Assembly: GCA_963667785.2 (NCBI GenBank)
Contig: CAXXMU010000006.1
Coordinates: forward strand, 1,141,779-1,205,778
DNA: 64,000 bases
From: Alphaproteobacteria bacterium
Lineage (GTDB): Bacteria; Pseudomonadota; Alphaproteobacteria; UBA828
Direction of reading: 5' to 3'
The notes beneath the pieces are model-generated. The model saw only the letters and a list, made by a program, of their open reading frames with translations. It was not told where the DNA came from and ran no database searches. A program made the translations under genes and the position numbers. The stretch's first letter is position 1. Each line of letters starts with the position of its first letter. Shown here in pieces: positions 45,239 to 53,788 of the stretch.

Positions 45239-46123
45239 TTGTCTCCGATGAGCGCTCAGGCTGCGCTCGCACTCGCGGATGATCTGTGCCTCCCGGATTT
45301 CATCATTGAGTGTCGCGACAATCTCGATTTCATGGCTCGGCTGGACGATGGCAGTTTCAAGCTGATCGTCACCTCGCCTCCCTACAATCTCGGAAAGTCC
45401 TACGGCAATGATCGCCGCTCGTTGGACGCCTACTTGGCAGACCAGCAACGTGTGATCGCTGAGTGCGTGCGGTTGCTGGAAGACGGCGGCTCGATCTGCT
45501 GGCAGGTGGGCAACTATGTCGAGAACGGAGAGATCATCCCGCTCGATACGTTGCTCTATCCCCTCTTCGCCGCTCATGGCCTCAAGCTGCGGAACCGGAT
45601 CATCTGGCACTTCGGGCACGGTCTGCACTGTACCCATCGCCTGTCGGGCCGATACGAGACGATCAACTGGTGGACCAAGGGTGACGACTACACTTGGAAT
45701 CTCGATCCGATCCGCGTCCCGTCGAAGTACCCCAACAAGCGCTACTTCAAGGGGCCGAAGGCGGGCCAGCTTTCATGCAATCCGAAGGGCAAGAACCCAT
45801 CCGACGTGTGGGTCTTCCCGAACGTCAAAAACAACCACCCGGAGAAGACCGCGCATCCCTGCCAATACCCGGTCGAGCTGGTCGAGCGGCTGGTGTTGTC
45901 TATGACCGACGAGGGCGATGCGGTGTTTGATCCCTATTTGGGAGTCGGATCGTCCGCGATCGCTGCCCTGAAGCATGGTCGGGTTGCCTATGGCTGCGAC
46001 ATCATCCCGGCCTATGTTGAGCTCGCGCTGGAGCGCATCGAATCGCTGGCAGAGGGGACGCTGAAGACGCGCCCGATGGACAAGCCGATCTATGACCCAT
46101 CGTTGCCGCGCGGTGGACACTGA
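45239..46123 (+). CDS. site-specific amino-methyltransferase (beta class, N4-C/N6-A)
   Basis: TSPPYN catalytic motif precedes HPCQYP and DPYLGVGS SAM-binding motif. Confidence 0.9.
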   Translation: MSPMSAQAALALADDLCLPDFIIECRDNLDFMARLDDGSFKLIVTSPPYNLGKSYGNDRRSLDAYLADQQRVIAECVRLLEDGGSICWQVGNYVENGEIIPLDTLLYPLFAAHGLKLRNRIIWHFGHGLHCTHRLSGRYETINWWTKGDDYTWNLDPIRVPSKYPNKRYFKGPKAGQLSCNPKGKNPSDVWVFPNVKNNHPEKTAHPCQYPVELVERLVLSMTDEGDAVFDPYLGVGSSAIAALKHGRVAYGCDIIPAYVELALERIESLAEGTLKTRPMDKPIYDPSLPRGGH

Positions 46124-46734
46124 TGCGCGTTGCAGCCCGGTATTCGCACCTCAACGGCGTCGAGTACCTGATGGTCCATCACCCGCAGCTTCTTGATGAG
46201 GTGGAGCGCGTCGTCGCGAACGTCGATGCGCTTGCCTGCAAGACCAAGGTGTCCAAGGAGAAGCGGATGGAGGGTCAGACGCTCTTTGCGCCCAAGGAGA
46301 TGAACAAGGCGTTCAAGCGTGAATTCGTAGCGTTCGGCTGGGAGGCTGCACGGCGAACATTCTGGGTAGCCGCTGATGAGGCGCTGATGCGCCGTACTCA
46401 CCACCTGTCGCCCGAAGAGCAGAAGGCAGCCATCACGGCCGCCGGTCACGAGCCGATCCAGTCGCGGAATGAGACCGACTTTGTGAAGGATCGGGTCGCC
46501 GTCGAGGTTCAGTTCGGAAAGTACGCCTTCGTGGCGCACGATCTCTTCGTGAAGCATCTGAGCTTCTTCGTGTCCGATGTTATCGACGTTGGCATTGAGA
46601 TTCTGCCCATGAAGAGCATGGAGCAGGAAATGTCGTCCGGGGTGCCCTACTTCGAGCGCGACCTGGTGAACGTCATCCGGCAGGGGCGCGGTGTGCCTGC
46701 CGTTCCCTTGATCCTACTTGGAGTAGAGCCATGA
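46123..46734 (+). CDS. BglII/BstYI-family type II restriction endonuclease
   Basis: NETDFVKDRVAVEVQFGKYAFVAHDLFVKH; TGATG coupling to the MTase. Confidence 0.8.
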   Translation: MRVAARYSHLNGVEYLMVHHPQLLDEVERVVANVDALACKTKVSKEKRMEGQTLFAPKEMNKAFKREFVAFGWEAARRTFWVAADEALMRRTHHLSPEEQKAAITAAGHEPIQSRNETDFVKDRVAVEVQFGKYAFVAHDLFVKHLSFFVSDVIDVGIEILPMKSMEQEMSSGVPYFERDLVNVIRQGRGVPAVPLILLGVEP

Positions 46735-46907
46735 CCGAGAAAGCAGCGCCGCGTGAGGTTCGCGTGAAGCCGATGAGCTATCGCCCGATCAAGGCGGAAA
46801 TGGAAGAGCCTGTCGTGATCCGCAAGGCGGACGGCAGCCCGGTCTCTCCCGAGGAACTGGCGCGCTCGCTCGGGCCGGTCAAACTCGTTGAGGACCAAGG
46901 CGCTTAG
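46731..46907 (+). CDS. small IS passenger protein
   Basis: MTEKAAPREVRVKPMSYRPIKAEMEE...; ATGA overlap with the REase. Confidence 0.5.
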   Translation: MTEKAAPREVRVKPMSYRPIKAEMEEPVVIRKADGSPVSPEELARSLGPVKLVEDQGA

Positions 46908-47339
46908 CGAGGCCGTTGGGACTATTGTCTATAATCCCCTTGATATTCGTCCCGGCGTGTTCATCCTCGCTGGGACGCTCGAGCGGATCACTGTGCCCAG
47001 AGGGCTGATCGCAAGAGTGGAGGGACGGAGCACCTATGCGCGCTTCGGATTGAGCATGCACCAGACTGCACCGTGGCTACAGCCTGGATGGGAGGGGAAC
47101 CTCATTCTGGAAATAATGAACAACGGCTCCATCCCCGTGAAGCTGACACCCGAAGCTGATCACCCGTGTCAGCTCACATTCTTCCGTTTGAGTGAGGAGG
47201 TGTCCGAAGACGCGGCTTACGGCGCGAGAGGTACGGACGCCTACCAAGGTCAAGAGCACGCGATGCCCCAGCCGGATCAGCCTGCTGCTCCGCCAGCGAG
47301 GCGTTGAATTTCAAACTGAGACTCTACCGGCCGAACCGC

Positions 47340-47369
47340 AAAAGGGGCGCCGGTTCACTGGCGCCCCTT
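47340..47369 (-). terminator. rho-independent terminator
   Basis: aaggggcgcc/ggcgcccctt stem with U tract on the minus strand. Confidence 0.6.
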
Positions 47370-47388
47370 AGCGTCTCCGTGTCTGCGG

Positions 47389-47748
47389 CTATAGCGGGAG
47401 CGGAGGCCCCGCGCCGTGGCCCCAGGCACCGGCCATCGGCTGATCGCTCACGTCGCCGCGTGCCGTAACCGCCGCGACGATGGGGGCGGAAACGGTCTGC
47501 GTTCCTGCGGGAACGACGCTCGCGGGACGCGGTTCGACGAACACGAAGAGGTCGTCGAGCACGTCGCTGTCCAGAATCCGGAACACGATCTCATGGGAGA
47601 CTCCCGCCTCCCAGGCGGAAAGCCCCGGATCATGACCCGCGAAAGCCTTGCCGGTGCCCGCGAAGAGAAGCGCTCCAAGTCCCAGCATCGCGAGCGCGGG
47701 CTGCGCGAATGCGAAGGACAGGATTCGGTGGCGACGCAGTGGAACCAT
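47389..47748 (-). CDS. hypothetical secreted/membrane protein
   Basis: Signal-like N-terminus; GGAGGA RBS; promoter motif at 47823-47837. Confidence 0.5.
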   Translation of the reverse strand: MVPLRRHRILSFAFAQPALAMLGLGALLFAGTGKAFAGHDPGLSAWEAGVSHEIVFRILDSDVLDDLFVFVEPRPASVVPAGTQTVSAPIVAAVTARGDVSDQPMAGAWGHGAGPPLPL

Positions 47749-47832
47749 CGGTTTCCTCCAGTCCGTCAGAGTTTGGCTAGCGGATCGAACCGCTGAGGCA
47801 GCCGCGACATTCCGACGGCGCCGGAATCCTTG

Positions 47833-48762
47833 TCAAGCGGCGAACGCCTGCAGGTGCGCCGTCGCCGGAATCCGGTATTCGGATTCGATGGTGAGTGCTG
47901 GACCAACATGCGTGCGCTTGCGCACGTACAGGCGGCCATCGGCATTGTCGACGAGCGCCGCGCCGGCGGTGAAGCGGCGGATCACAGGCTCCAGAAGCGC
48001 CAGGCACATGTACTGTGCGCCCCTGAAGTTCTTCACCGTGATGCGGGTCTCTTCGGTCGGCGCGCCCGTCAGCGACAGATAGCTCGGCACCGTCGCGATG
48101 GCATCGGCGTAGCTCGCCGCGAAGCCGATCATCTTGTTGTCGCCCAGCACGACGTGGACCGTGGTGTCAGTGCGCAGCACCGGCGCAAACGCGAGGCCGT
48201 CCTGATTCGAAACCGTCACCGGCTCGCCGGGGGTCAGCGTCGCATAGTCCGCCGGCGAGACCGTAATTCGGTTGCCCGCTGCGGGCGTTGCCAAAGGCGT
48301 GACCGTGAACGGATCCTCATGGCCATCCGCCTCCGCCACGGCGGTCACCTGGAAAAGCCAGCGGCGGCGATTGGCCCCGCCCGCAGCCAGTCCGAGCTGC
48401 TGCGGCTCGATCCCGACGAATGCCGTCTCCAGACGCGGACGCTGAGGATTGGGCAATCCCCCGCCGGCCCGAGCCTGAGCCTCGACCAATTGGTCGAAGT
48501 CGTTGAACACCGGCCCTGCCATGGCGGTCTGCCAGAATATCCCGCCCGACTTGCTGCTGTCGCCCGCTACCGCTGCCTCGAAGTCCGGCGGCCACCGTTC
48601 ATTGTCGGAACGCTTGCGGTCGTACTCCATCGTGGGCCGGAACGGGCTCGGCTTCTGCGCGTCGCTCAACGGCTGCCCTGCGTCGAACTCCGCTTCGCCC
48701 ACGCCTGCGATCGAGAGCAGCCACGCCTCCGCCGCCTTGGCGGCCAGGGTGTCCGTGATCAT
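47833..48762 (-). CDS. putative tail terminator-like protein with insertion domain
   Basis: LFQVTAV...IRRFTAG...RIP pattern; insert SPADYATLTPGEPV...VLGDNKMIGFAAS resembles the insert in 42363..43097. Confidence 0.55.
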   Translation of the reverse strand: MITDTLAAKAAEAWLLSIAGVGEAEFDAGQPLSDAQKPSPFRPTMEYDRKRSDNERWPPDFEAAVAGDSSKSGGIFWQTAMAGPVFNDFDQLVEAQARAGGGLPNPQRPRLETAFVGIEPQQLGLAAGGANRRRWLFQVTAVAEADGHEDPFTVTPLATPAAGNRITVSPADYATLTPGEPVTVSNQDGLAFAPVLRTDTTVHVVLGDNKMIGFAASYADAIATVPSYLSLTGAPTEETRITVKNFRGAQYMCLALLEPVIRRFTAGAALVDNADGRLYVRKRTHVGPALTIESEYRIPATAHLQAFAA

Positions 48763-48772
48763 GGTGCCGCGC

Positions 48773-48934
48773 TCATGCCGGCACCACCTCGGCGATGCCC
48801 ACAGGCGGCAACCCTGCGGTGTTCAGGCGCTCCTCGACCTGAGCCCGCGCGCTGGCCTCATCCGGCGCGTCGATGCGGTCGCTCTTCATGCCGTTCGGAA
48901 ATCTCACCCGGACGATCCACGTGCGCATCGCCAT
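48773..48934 (-). CDS. small hypothetical protein
   Basis: 53-aa ORF coupled to the nuclease stop codon. Confidence 0.45.
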   Translation of the reverse strand: MAMRTWIVRVRFPNGMKSDRIDAPDEASARAQVEERLNTAGLPPVGIAEVVPA

Positions 48935-49857
48935 TAGATCGCCAGCTCGTCGTCGACCCGCTCGCGCTCGCGGGGCCGGTCGCGGTCCCGCTCCTCCTCC
49001 TCGCGCTCCCACTTGCGGAGCAGGGGTCCCAGCAGCTCCTGCAACTCAGCCTCGTTCCGCTCGACCCGCTCCTGCAACTCCTCCCGGCTCATCGGCGGCA
49101 GCGGCTCCACCCGGGCCAGGCCGTCCATCATCCAGAACTCGTTCCGGCAGTCGCTGTCGGGGCTATCCTGCCCGAGCGCGCCGCACAGCGCGGTGGAGCG
49201 GTCATGGTCGGCGGCAAGGAACCAGGCAGGCCTGAGCGACGTGCCGTATCGCCGGTTGAAGCAGCCGGCGAAGGCGGCGAAGTTGACGACCGTGCGCTCT
49301 CGTACCTCCAGCACGACGCGGTCGCCGTCCGTGTCCACCCGCGGCACCTCCGGCGGCACCCATTTGACGGCCTCGGGATACCGCTCGATGCAGAGCGGGG
49401 CGCTCGCTTCCGTCGGGACCTCCGCGCCGACGTCGGCCGCACCAGCGCACCAGGCATCGCCGTCGTACCCCGCGGCGATCAGCAACGCGGCGAGCGAGCG
49501 GCCGTCCAGAACGAGGTCGGCGACGATGCGGCCGCCCCAGGCGCCCCACTCGGGCGCGCGCACGAGGATCTCCGAGGCATCGGCGACTGCCTCCGCCGTG
49601 AAGGCCGCCGCCGCTTCGCCGGCGGCGCGCTCGGCCTCGCACGCGGCGCGGTGGCCCGTCTCCGCCGTGTTCACGCCGCGCAGGCGCACCCGCAGCTCGG
49701 CGATCTCCACCGGCATGTCGGCCGAGGCGTCGACCGCCACGGTGTCGCCGTCGATCACCCGCACCACCGGCCAGGCGAAGTCGGCGGCGGCGAGGGAGCC
49801 GGGGATGAGGCAGGCGGCGACGGCCGCAGCCGCGATACCGGAGAGAATGGTGCGCAT
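48934..49857 (-). CDS. thermonuclease (SNase-like) with signal peptide and C-terminal extension
   Basis: VVRVIDGDTV, VRLRGVNTAE and GRIVADL motifs. Confidence 0.8.
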   Translation of the reverse strand: MRTILSGIAAAAVAACLIPGSLAAADFAWPVVRVIDGDTVAVDASADMPVEIAELRVRLRGVNTAETGHRAACEAERAAGEAAAAFTAEAVADASEILVRAPEWGAWGGRIVADLVLDGRSLAALLIAAGYDGDAWCAGAADVGAEVPTEASAPLCIERYPEAVKWVPPEVPRVDTDGDRVVLEVRERTVVNFAAFAGCFNRRYGTSLRPAWFLAADHDRSTALCGALGQDSPDSDCRNEFWMMDGLARVEPLPPMSREELQERVERNEAELQELLGPLLRKWEREEEERDRDRPRERERVDDELAI

Positions 49858-49860
49858 CGC

Positions 49861-50139
49861 CTACAATTCTTCCATCCGGCGCAGGACCTCAATGCCTTTC
49901 ACGCAGGACGCCGGGACTGCCAGAACTTCGCCGACCTCTTCGACTGTCCAGGATCCGATGAGCACGAGCTTCATCTTATCGCGCCGCACGATGCGCCCGA
50001 CCGTGCTGCACTCGACGGGTCCATAATCGGCCAGTCCTTCCCTGGAAACCCATCTCTGGCCAAGGGGCGAGCAAGAGTCGATCCAGCGCACCAGCACCAG
50101 ATCGCCGGGGGTCGGGTTTCCGTTCGCGTTGCCCGCCAT
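49861..50139 (-). CDS. small phage protein
   Basis: LVLVRWIDS...CSTVG pattern. Confidence 0.55.
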   Translation of the reverse strand: MAGNANGNPTPGDLVLVRWIDSCSPLGQRWVSREGLADYGPVECSTVGRIVRRDKMKLVLIGSWTVEEVGEVLAVPASCVKGIEVLRRMEEL

Positions 50140-51176
50140 CACGCGGCCTCCCGGCGGTACTGCGCGATCCAGTCCACTTTCCATCCCGTGTAGCAGCGGC
50201 AGTCGACGACCTGCCCCGCTGGCGCGCCCAGACTGGAGTCTCCAGGATAGCGCAGCAGCGAGCCATCCGGCGCGGTGAACGGCACGCCGAAGGCACGCTT
50301 CTGCCCGTTCATGGCGCGATGGTCGGGGCGGACGCGGGCGTCGAGCGTGGCATCCCAGGTGCCGGTGACGAGGTCGGGCGTCGTGACGCCGCGCTCGATC
50401 ATCTGCTGGATCGCCTCGAACCTTCCCGCGTTCAGCGCGGCCGTCGCCTCGGTGCGCGCGATGGCCTCGCCGCGCACCTTGAGCAGCCGGGCCCGGTAGC
50501 GGCCCACGATCTTCTCGCGCATGGCGGGGTCGAGGGGCTTGCCCTCGCGGATGGCGCGCCTCACGGCCGCGTCGTAGCGGCGGTCGCGGGCCTGGCGCTG
50601 GAAGTAGGCCGGGTCGGGCGGGACGCGGGAAAGCTCCGTCTCCGCGTTGCGCGCCCAGCCGGCCTGCGCCTCGGTGAGGCCGAGGATGCCGCCGGTGCGG
50701 GTGCCGGCGGCGCGGTTGAACGTGCCGACGATGACGCGGGCGGTGGTGCGGGGATTCTGCCCGGCGGCGATGGAGGCGGCGACCCGGTCCCGCACGAGCG
50801 CGCGGGTGGCCTCCATCGTCTCGCGGATCAATTCGGCTCCGAGCGCGCGCGCCGCGGCCTCGGCACGCGGGTTGCCGAGGGCGAAGCGGAGGACGAAGGC
50901 CGCGCCGGCGCCGGGCGCGGAAGGCGGCGGGTGCGCGGCGGTCTCGGCGCGCCCGCCTTCGCGGAACGCGCGGCGCAGGACCTCGCGGAGGTCGTCGAAC
51001 GCCGCCGGATCGAGGCTAAGCGCCCGGATCACCGCGTCAGGGTCCCGCGCGGCGATGGCCTGCTCGAGCATCGCCCGGTCGGCCCCGTCGGCAAGGTCCG
51101 CGATGGCTCGCTCGAACGCGGCCCGCGCATCCGGGGCGAGGCGGTCGAGCAGCAGGCGGAAGTCGCGCGGGGTCAC
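50139..51176 (-). CDS. phage minor head morphogenesis protein (Mu gpF/SPP1 gp7-like)
   Basis: IARTE, WDATLDARVRPDH, LRYPGD and CRC motifs. Confidence 0.85.
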   Translation of the reverse strand: MTPRDFRLLLDRLAPDARAAFERAIADLADGADRAMLEQAIAARDPDAVIRALSLDPAAFDDLREVLRRAFREGGRAETAAHPPPSAPGAGAAFVLRFALGNPRAEAAARALGAELIRETMEATRALVRDRVAASIAAGQNPRTTARVIVGTFNRAAGTRTGGILGLTEAQAGWARNAETELSRVPPDPAYFQRQARDRRYDAAVRRAIREGKPLDPAMREKIVGRYRARLLKVRGEAIARTEATAALNAGRFEAIQQMIERGVTTPDLVTGTWDATLDARVRPDHRAMNGQKRAFGVPFTAPDGSLLRYPGDSSLGAPAGQVVDCRCYTGWKVDWIAQYRREAA

Positions 51177-51545
51177 GCCGATTCAATGCGCCGAGCGCGG
51201 ATTCCTTGTCAAGATGCTGGGTGAAGCTGGGCCGGACGCGACGTTCGGTCGGCTGGAAGAGGTCGGCCCTTGGTGACTACGGAACACCAAGGGCCGACCG
51301 GGGTCAGCAGGGTGCCCCCTGCATGGTAGGGCACGCTGCCCAGGATGGGGAGAGCAAGGCCGTTGCCATTTCGGCGAGTTGCGGGCAAGCTGTCCGGCGG
51401 CAGGCACCCCTCTCACTGCTCGACGGTCTGCCCGAGGCCCCCAAGTCCTACTTTCTCCCTGTGGCGTTGGGGGCCTCGCCTTGAGTGCCCTCTGGCGCTC
51501 CGGGGGAGGACACCGTGAGCTGCAGGTGTGGTCTCGGCATCCGGA

Positions 51546-51788
51546 TCAGGAAGATCGAGTAGGCGGCTCTTCGTCGGGCGGCGCCGGCGCTCCATTGTCC
51601 CGTAGAATCTGCGCCAGTCTCCTGAAAAGGTTCGGATGGCCGTTTTGCCGCTTTGTATCGCCGCTCACATTGGTTTTGCGTGAGTTACCGTCGTAGTCGC
51701 GCCAGGTGATATCAATGACCCCTTTCTTCTTGTCGTACCAGATACCCACCTCAAAATAGACGCTATTCCCAGGCTTGCTTTTGCGCAT
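51546..51788 (-). CDS. hypothetical protein
   Basis: Lower-GC 80-aa ORF with AAGGA RBS. Confidence 0.55.
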   Translation of the reverse strand: MRKSKPGNSVYFEVGIWYDKKKGVIDITWRDYDGNSRKTNVSGDTKRQNGHPNLFRRLAQILRDNGAPAPPDEEPPTRSS

Positions 51789-51904
51789 TTTCCTTTCTCC
51801 CCCAGTTGTTTCCCGGCAGTATACGGGACGCGAGGCAGGTCAGCGAGAAGGGGGCCGTTTCGGCCGCCGCCTTCATCAAGCGGGATTGACAAAGAACACA
51901 TTCT

Positions 51905-52279
51905 GGGACCTATACGCCTAACTAGCCAATCTGCCTCCGAAGCTGAAATCACCGACCGTGAGAGGGGAAAGGTATGGAAGCTGCTCGTCGTTTTTCTGAT
52001 ATCGCCCTCACCTGCCTAGAAGATGCCTTCCTTCTTTGCATCCCTGAATCTGGGAACGATATCCAAGTGGCTGAAGCCGCCAAGAGAATGGGGCTTAGAG
52101 ACAGTCTCGTCGGTGAGACGGGACTAGAGTTGGCTCACGCGCTCGCGCGGCGTTTGGAGAGAGCCAAGCGCGTCGAACGATGGACAGACGGATCCGGCAG
52201 AGTTTGCGCCACCCGCCTAGAGGGATGAAGCGATCCGTGATCGCTCCGCGAGGGCTGGCTAGTTAGGCGTATAAGTCCC
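51905..52279. mobile_element. miniature TIR cassette carrying one small ORF
   Basis: 24-bp TIR GGGAC(C/T)TATACGCCTAACTAGCCA; flanks CACATTCT/CAAATTCC (6/8, degenerate TSD). Confidence 0.7.
51974..52228 (+). CDS. small winged-helix-like passenger protein
   Basis: 84 aa; fills the mini-cassette; purine-rich RBS. Confidence 0.5.
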   Translation: MEAARRFSDIALTCLEDAFLLCIPESGNDIQVAEAAKRMGLRDSLVGETGLELAHALARRLERAKRVERWTDGSGRVCATRLEG

Positions 52280-52619
52280 CAAATTCCGGCCCCACGGCTG
52301 TCGCCTCTGGCGATCGGGAGGAGTCGATGGCCAAGGTCAGCACGAACGAGGTGCAGCTCGCCTATGTAGGGACGCATAAGTCGAACGAGATGGTGGAAGC
52401 ACCCGGAAGAATGTGGAAGCCGGTGAAAGCACCGGCAGGGCAGCACGTTAGAGCGTGCTATGCCGGAGGCGGCGCTGCGAAGCGGAGGTAAAAGTCTCTG
52501 GGAATCCCGCCGTGCAACGCACGTGATCGGGCCGGAAATGGTCGATAAAGGGACCGCGCAGCGGCCGCGAACGGCCCGGAAAATGCCGGCGAATCACAGG
52601 CCGCAAATGGGCGGAATAG

Positions 52620-53588
52620 TCAGGGCCTGGCGGTGATGGTCGTGGTGGCGACGCGGCGCCCCAGCTCGTGCCGCACCTGGTGGATGGTGAGCCGCGTCGG
52701 GAAGCCCTGCGGCACCCCGGAAAACGTGACCGGATAGAGGGCCTTGGCCTCCGGCGTGAGCGACGTCCGGACCTCGAGGTAATCGACGCCCGCGCGGGCT
52801 CCGGCGAGCTTCCGGCGAATCGCCGCCTCCGCATCCGCCTTGGACGCGAAGACGCCGGGCACCTTCCCATACACCGTCCGCCTGCCCTGCGGCTGGTCGC
52901 CGAGCGTGAGATAGGCCGCCGTCGCTCCGTCCGCCTCGAGATAGGTGGCCTGCATGACGTCCACGATCGCCCGCTCGGTCCTGCGCCACCGCACCCAGGC
53001 GCCGCTGGCGCGCAGGTCGATCGCGACGGCCGGCAGCTCCGATCCGGACACCGACAGGGCCTCGCCGGCGGCCAGCACCACGAGGCGCCCATGCTTGTAT
53101 ATGGCCCGCCCGTCGAGGCGCGCGACCAGCCGCATCAGAAACTGCTCGTCGCTCTCGTCCGACTGGATGGCCCCGGCAGGAACCACGCTGCCCAGGGCGG
53201 CCGAGACCGCCGGCACCAGGGCCGCCCTGTCGGCGATCGCGGCGACGATCTCGCTGATCGACCGCCCCGACCAGGAGACCGTGCGGATCTCGCGCAGCGT
53301 GGTGCGCGGGTCCAGCGCGGCCGCCTCGACGGTGACGCCGCCGGCGCGGCTGTCGCCGTGGATCGCCGTAGCCCGGAGCGGCCCGCCCAGATACGCGCCG
53401 TCGGCCGCGAAGCGCAGCTCGGCGCCCAGGGGAGGAATCTCGATCTCGGCCTGCGCCGGCGCGGACAGCGAGAGCGTCGCCCTGTCGGCGCTGTAGTTCA
53501 TCCCGTCGGTGACGACCAGCGCCCGCACGCGCTGGGAAAGCACCACCGACCGGCGGTCGCCGACCAGCACGTCGAGCGTCAGTCCCAC
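52620..53588 (-). CDS. P2 GpD-like late control/tail hub protein
   Basis: VTDG...ADR, IQSDESDEQFLMRL and VRHEL motifs. Confidence 0.8.
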   Translation of the reverse strand: MGLTLDVLVGDRRSVVLSQRVRALVVTDGMNYSADRATLSLSAPAQAEIEIPPLGAELRFAADGAYLGGPLRATAIHGDSRAGGVTVEAAALDPRTTLREIRTVSWSGRSISEIVAAIADRAALVPAVSAALGSVVPAGAIQSDESDEQFLMRLVARLDGRAIYKHGRLVVLAAGEALSVSGSELPAVAIDLRASGAWVRWRRTERAIVDVMQATYLEADGATAAYLTLGDQPQGRRTVYGKVPGVFASKADAEAAIRRKLAGARAGVDYLEVRTSLTPEAKALYPVTFSGVPQGFPTRLTIHQVRHELGRRVATTTITARP

Positions 53589-53788
53589 AACCGAAGCGCC
53601 GGTCTGTCGTCTGCGGGCAGCTCGGGAAGGTCGATCGCGAGGCCGCCCGGAAGCACCGGCCCGTGAGCCGCGAGACCTGGGTTGGCCAACAGGACCGCCT
53701 GCAGCGCCCCGGCCGCGGCCTCGACGCCGTAACGGCCGGCGATCACGGCGTCGAGGAGATCGCCGTCGAGGGTGACGATCCTGATCAC
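53579..53788 (-). CDS. tail protein X (GpX)
   Basis: GDLLDAV...YG...VLLANPGLAAHGPVLPGGLAIDLP...LRLWD. Confidence 0.85.
   Translation of the reverse strand: MIRIVTLDGDLLDAVIAGRYGVEAAAGALQAVLLANPGLAAHGPVLPGGLAIDLPELPADDRPALRLWD

Larger units (their letters stand above)
44205..46939 (+). mobile_element. IS1595-family element with passenger R-M genes
   Basis: Perfect 24-bp TIR GGGGATTATAGACAATAGTCCCAA; 8-bp TSD TTGATATT at 44197-44204 and 46940-46947. Confidence 0.95.
43947..47307 (+). pseudogene. dcd: dCTP deaminase interrupted by IS1595
   Basis: N-half MILS...PASVDLRLG (to 44204) and C-half TLERI...VEGRSTYARFGL...PGWEGNLILEI (from 46948) rejoin in frame as GFDI|RPG. Confidence 0.85.
43444..47328. 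mobile_element. non-autonomous TIR-bounded insertion cassette carrying dcd
   Basis: 21-bp TIRs GGTAGTGCCTCAGTTTGAAAT / GGTAGAGTCTCAGTTTGAAAT; 8-bp TSD GGCCGAAC at 43436-43443 and 47329-47336. Confidence 0.85.
8712..51213 (-). mobile_element. siphovirus-like prophage region (boundaries approximate; no integrase or att seen)
   Basis: Lysis cassette, major capsid, portal, terminase, tail tube, tape measure and minor head genes, linked by a shared promoter-like motif. Confidence 0.85.

Noticed and set aside
43947-47307. Known anti-phage dCTP deaminase (AvcD-type)
   Set aside because: Motifs are those of the trimeric dUTPase-fold Dcd, not the kinase plus Zn-deaminase architecture, and the gene is disrupted.
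52440-52620. Mu-type right end
   Set aside because: I could not identify convincing repeated transposase-binding sites or a target duplication by eye.
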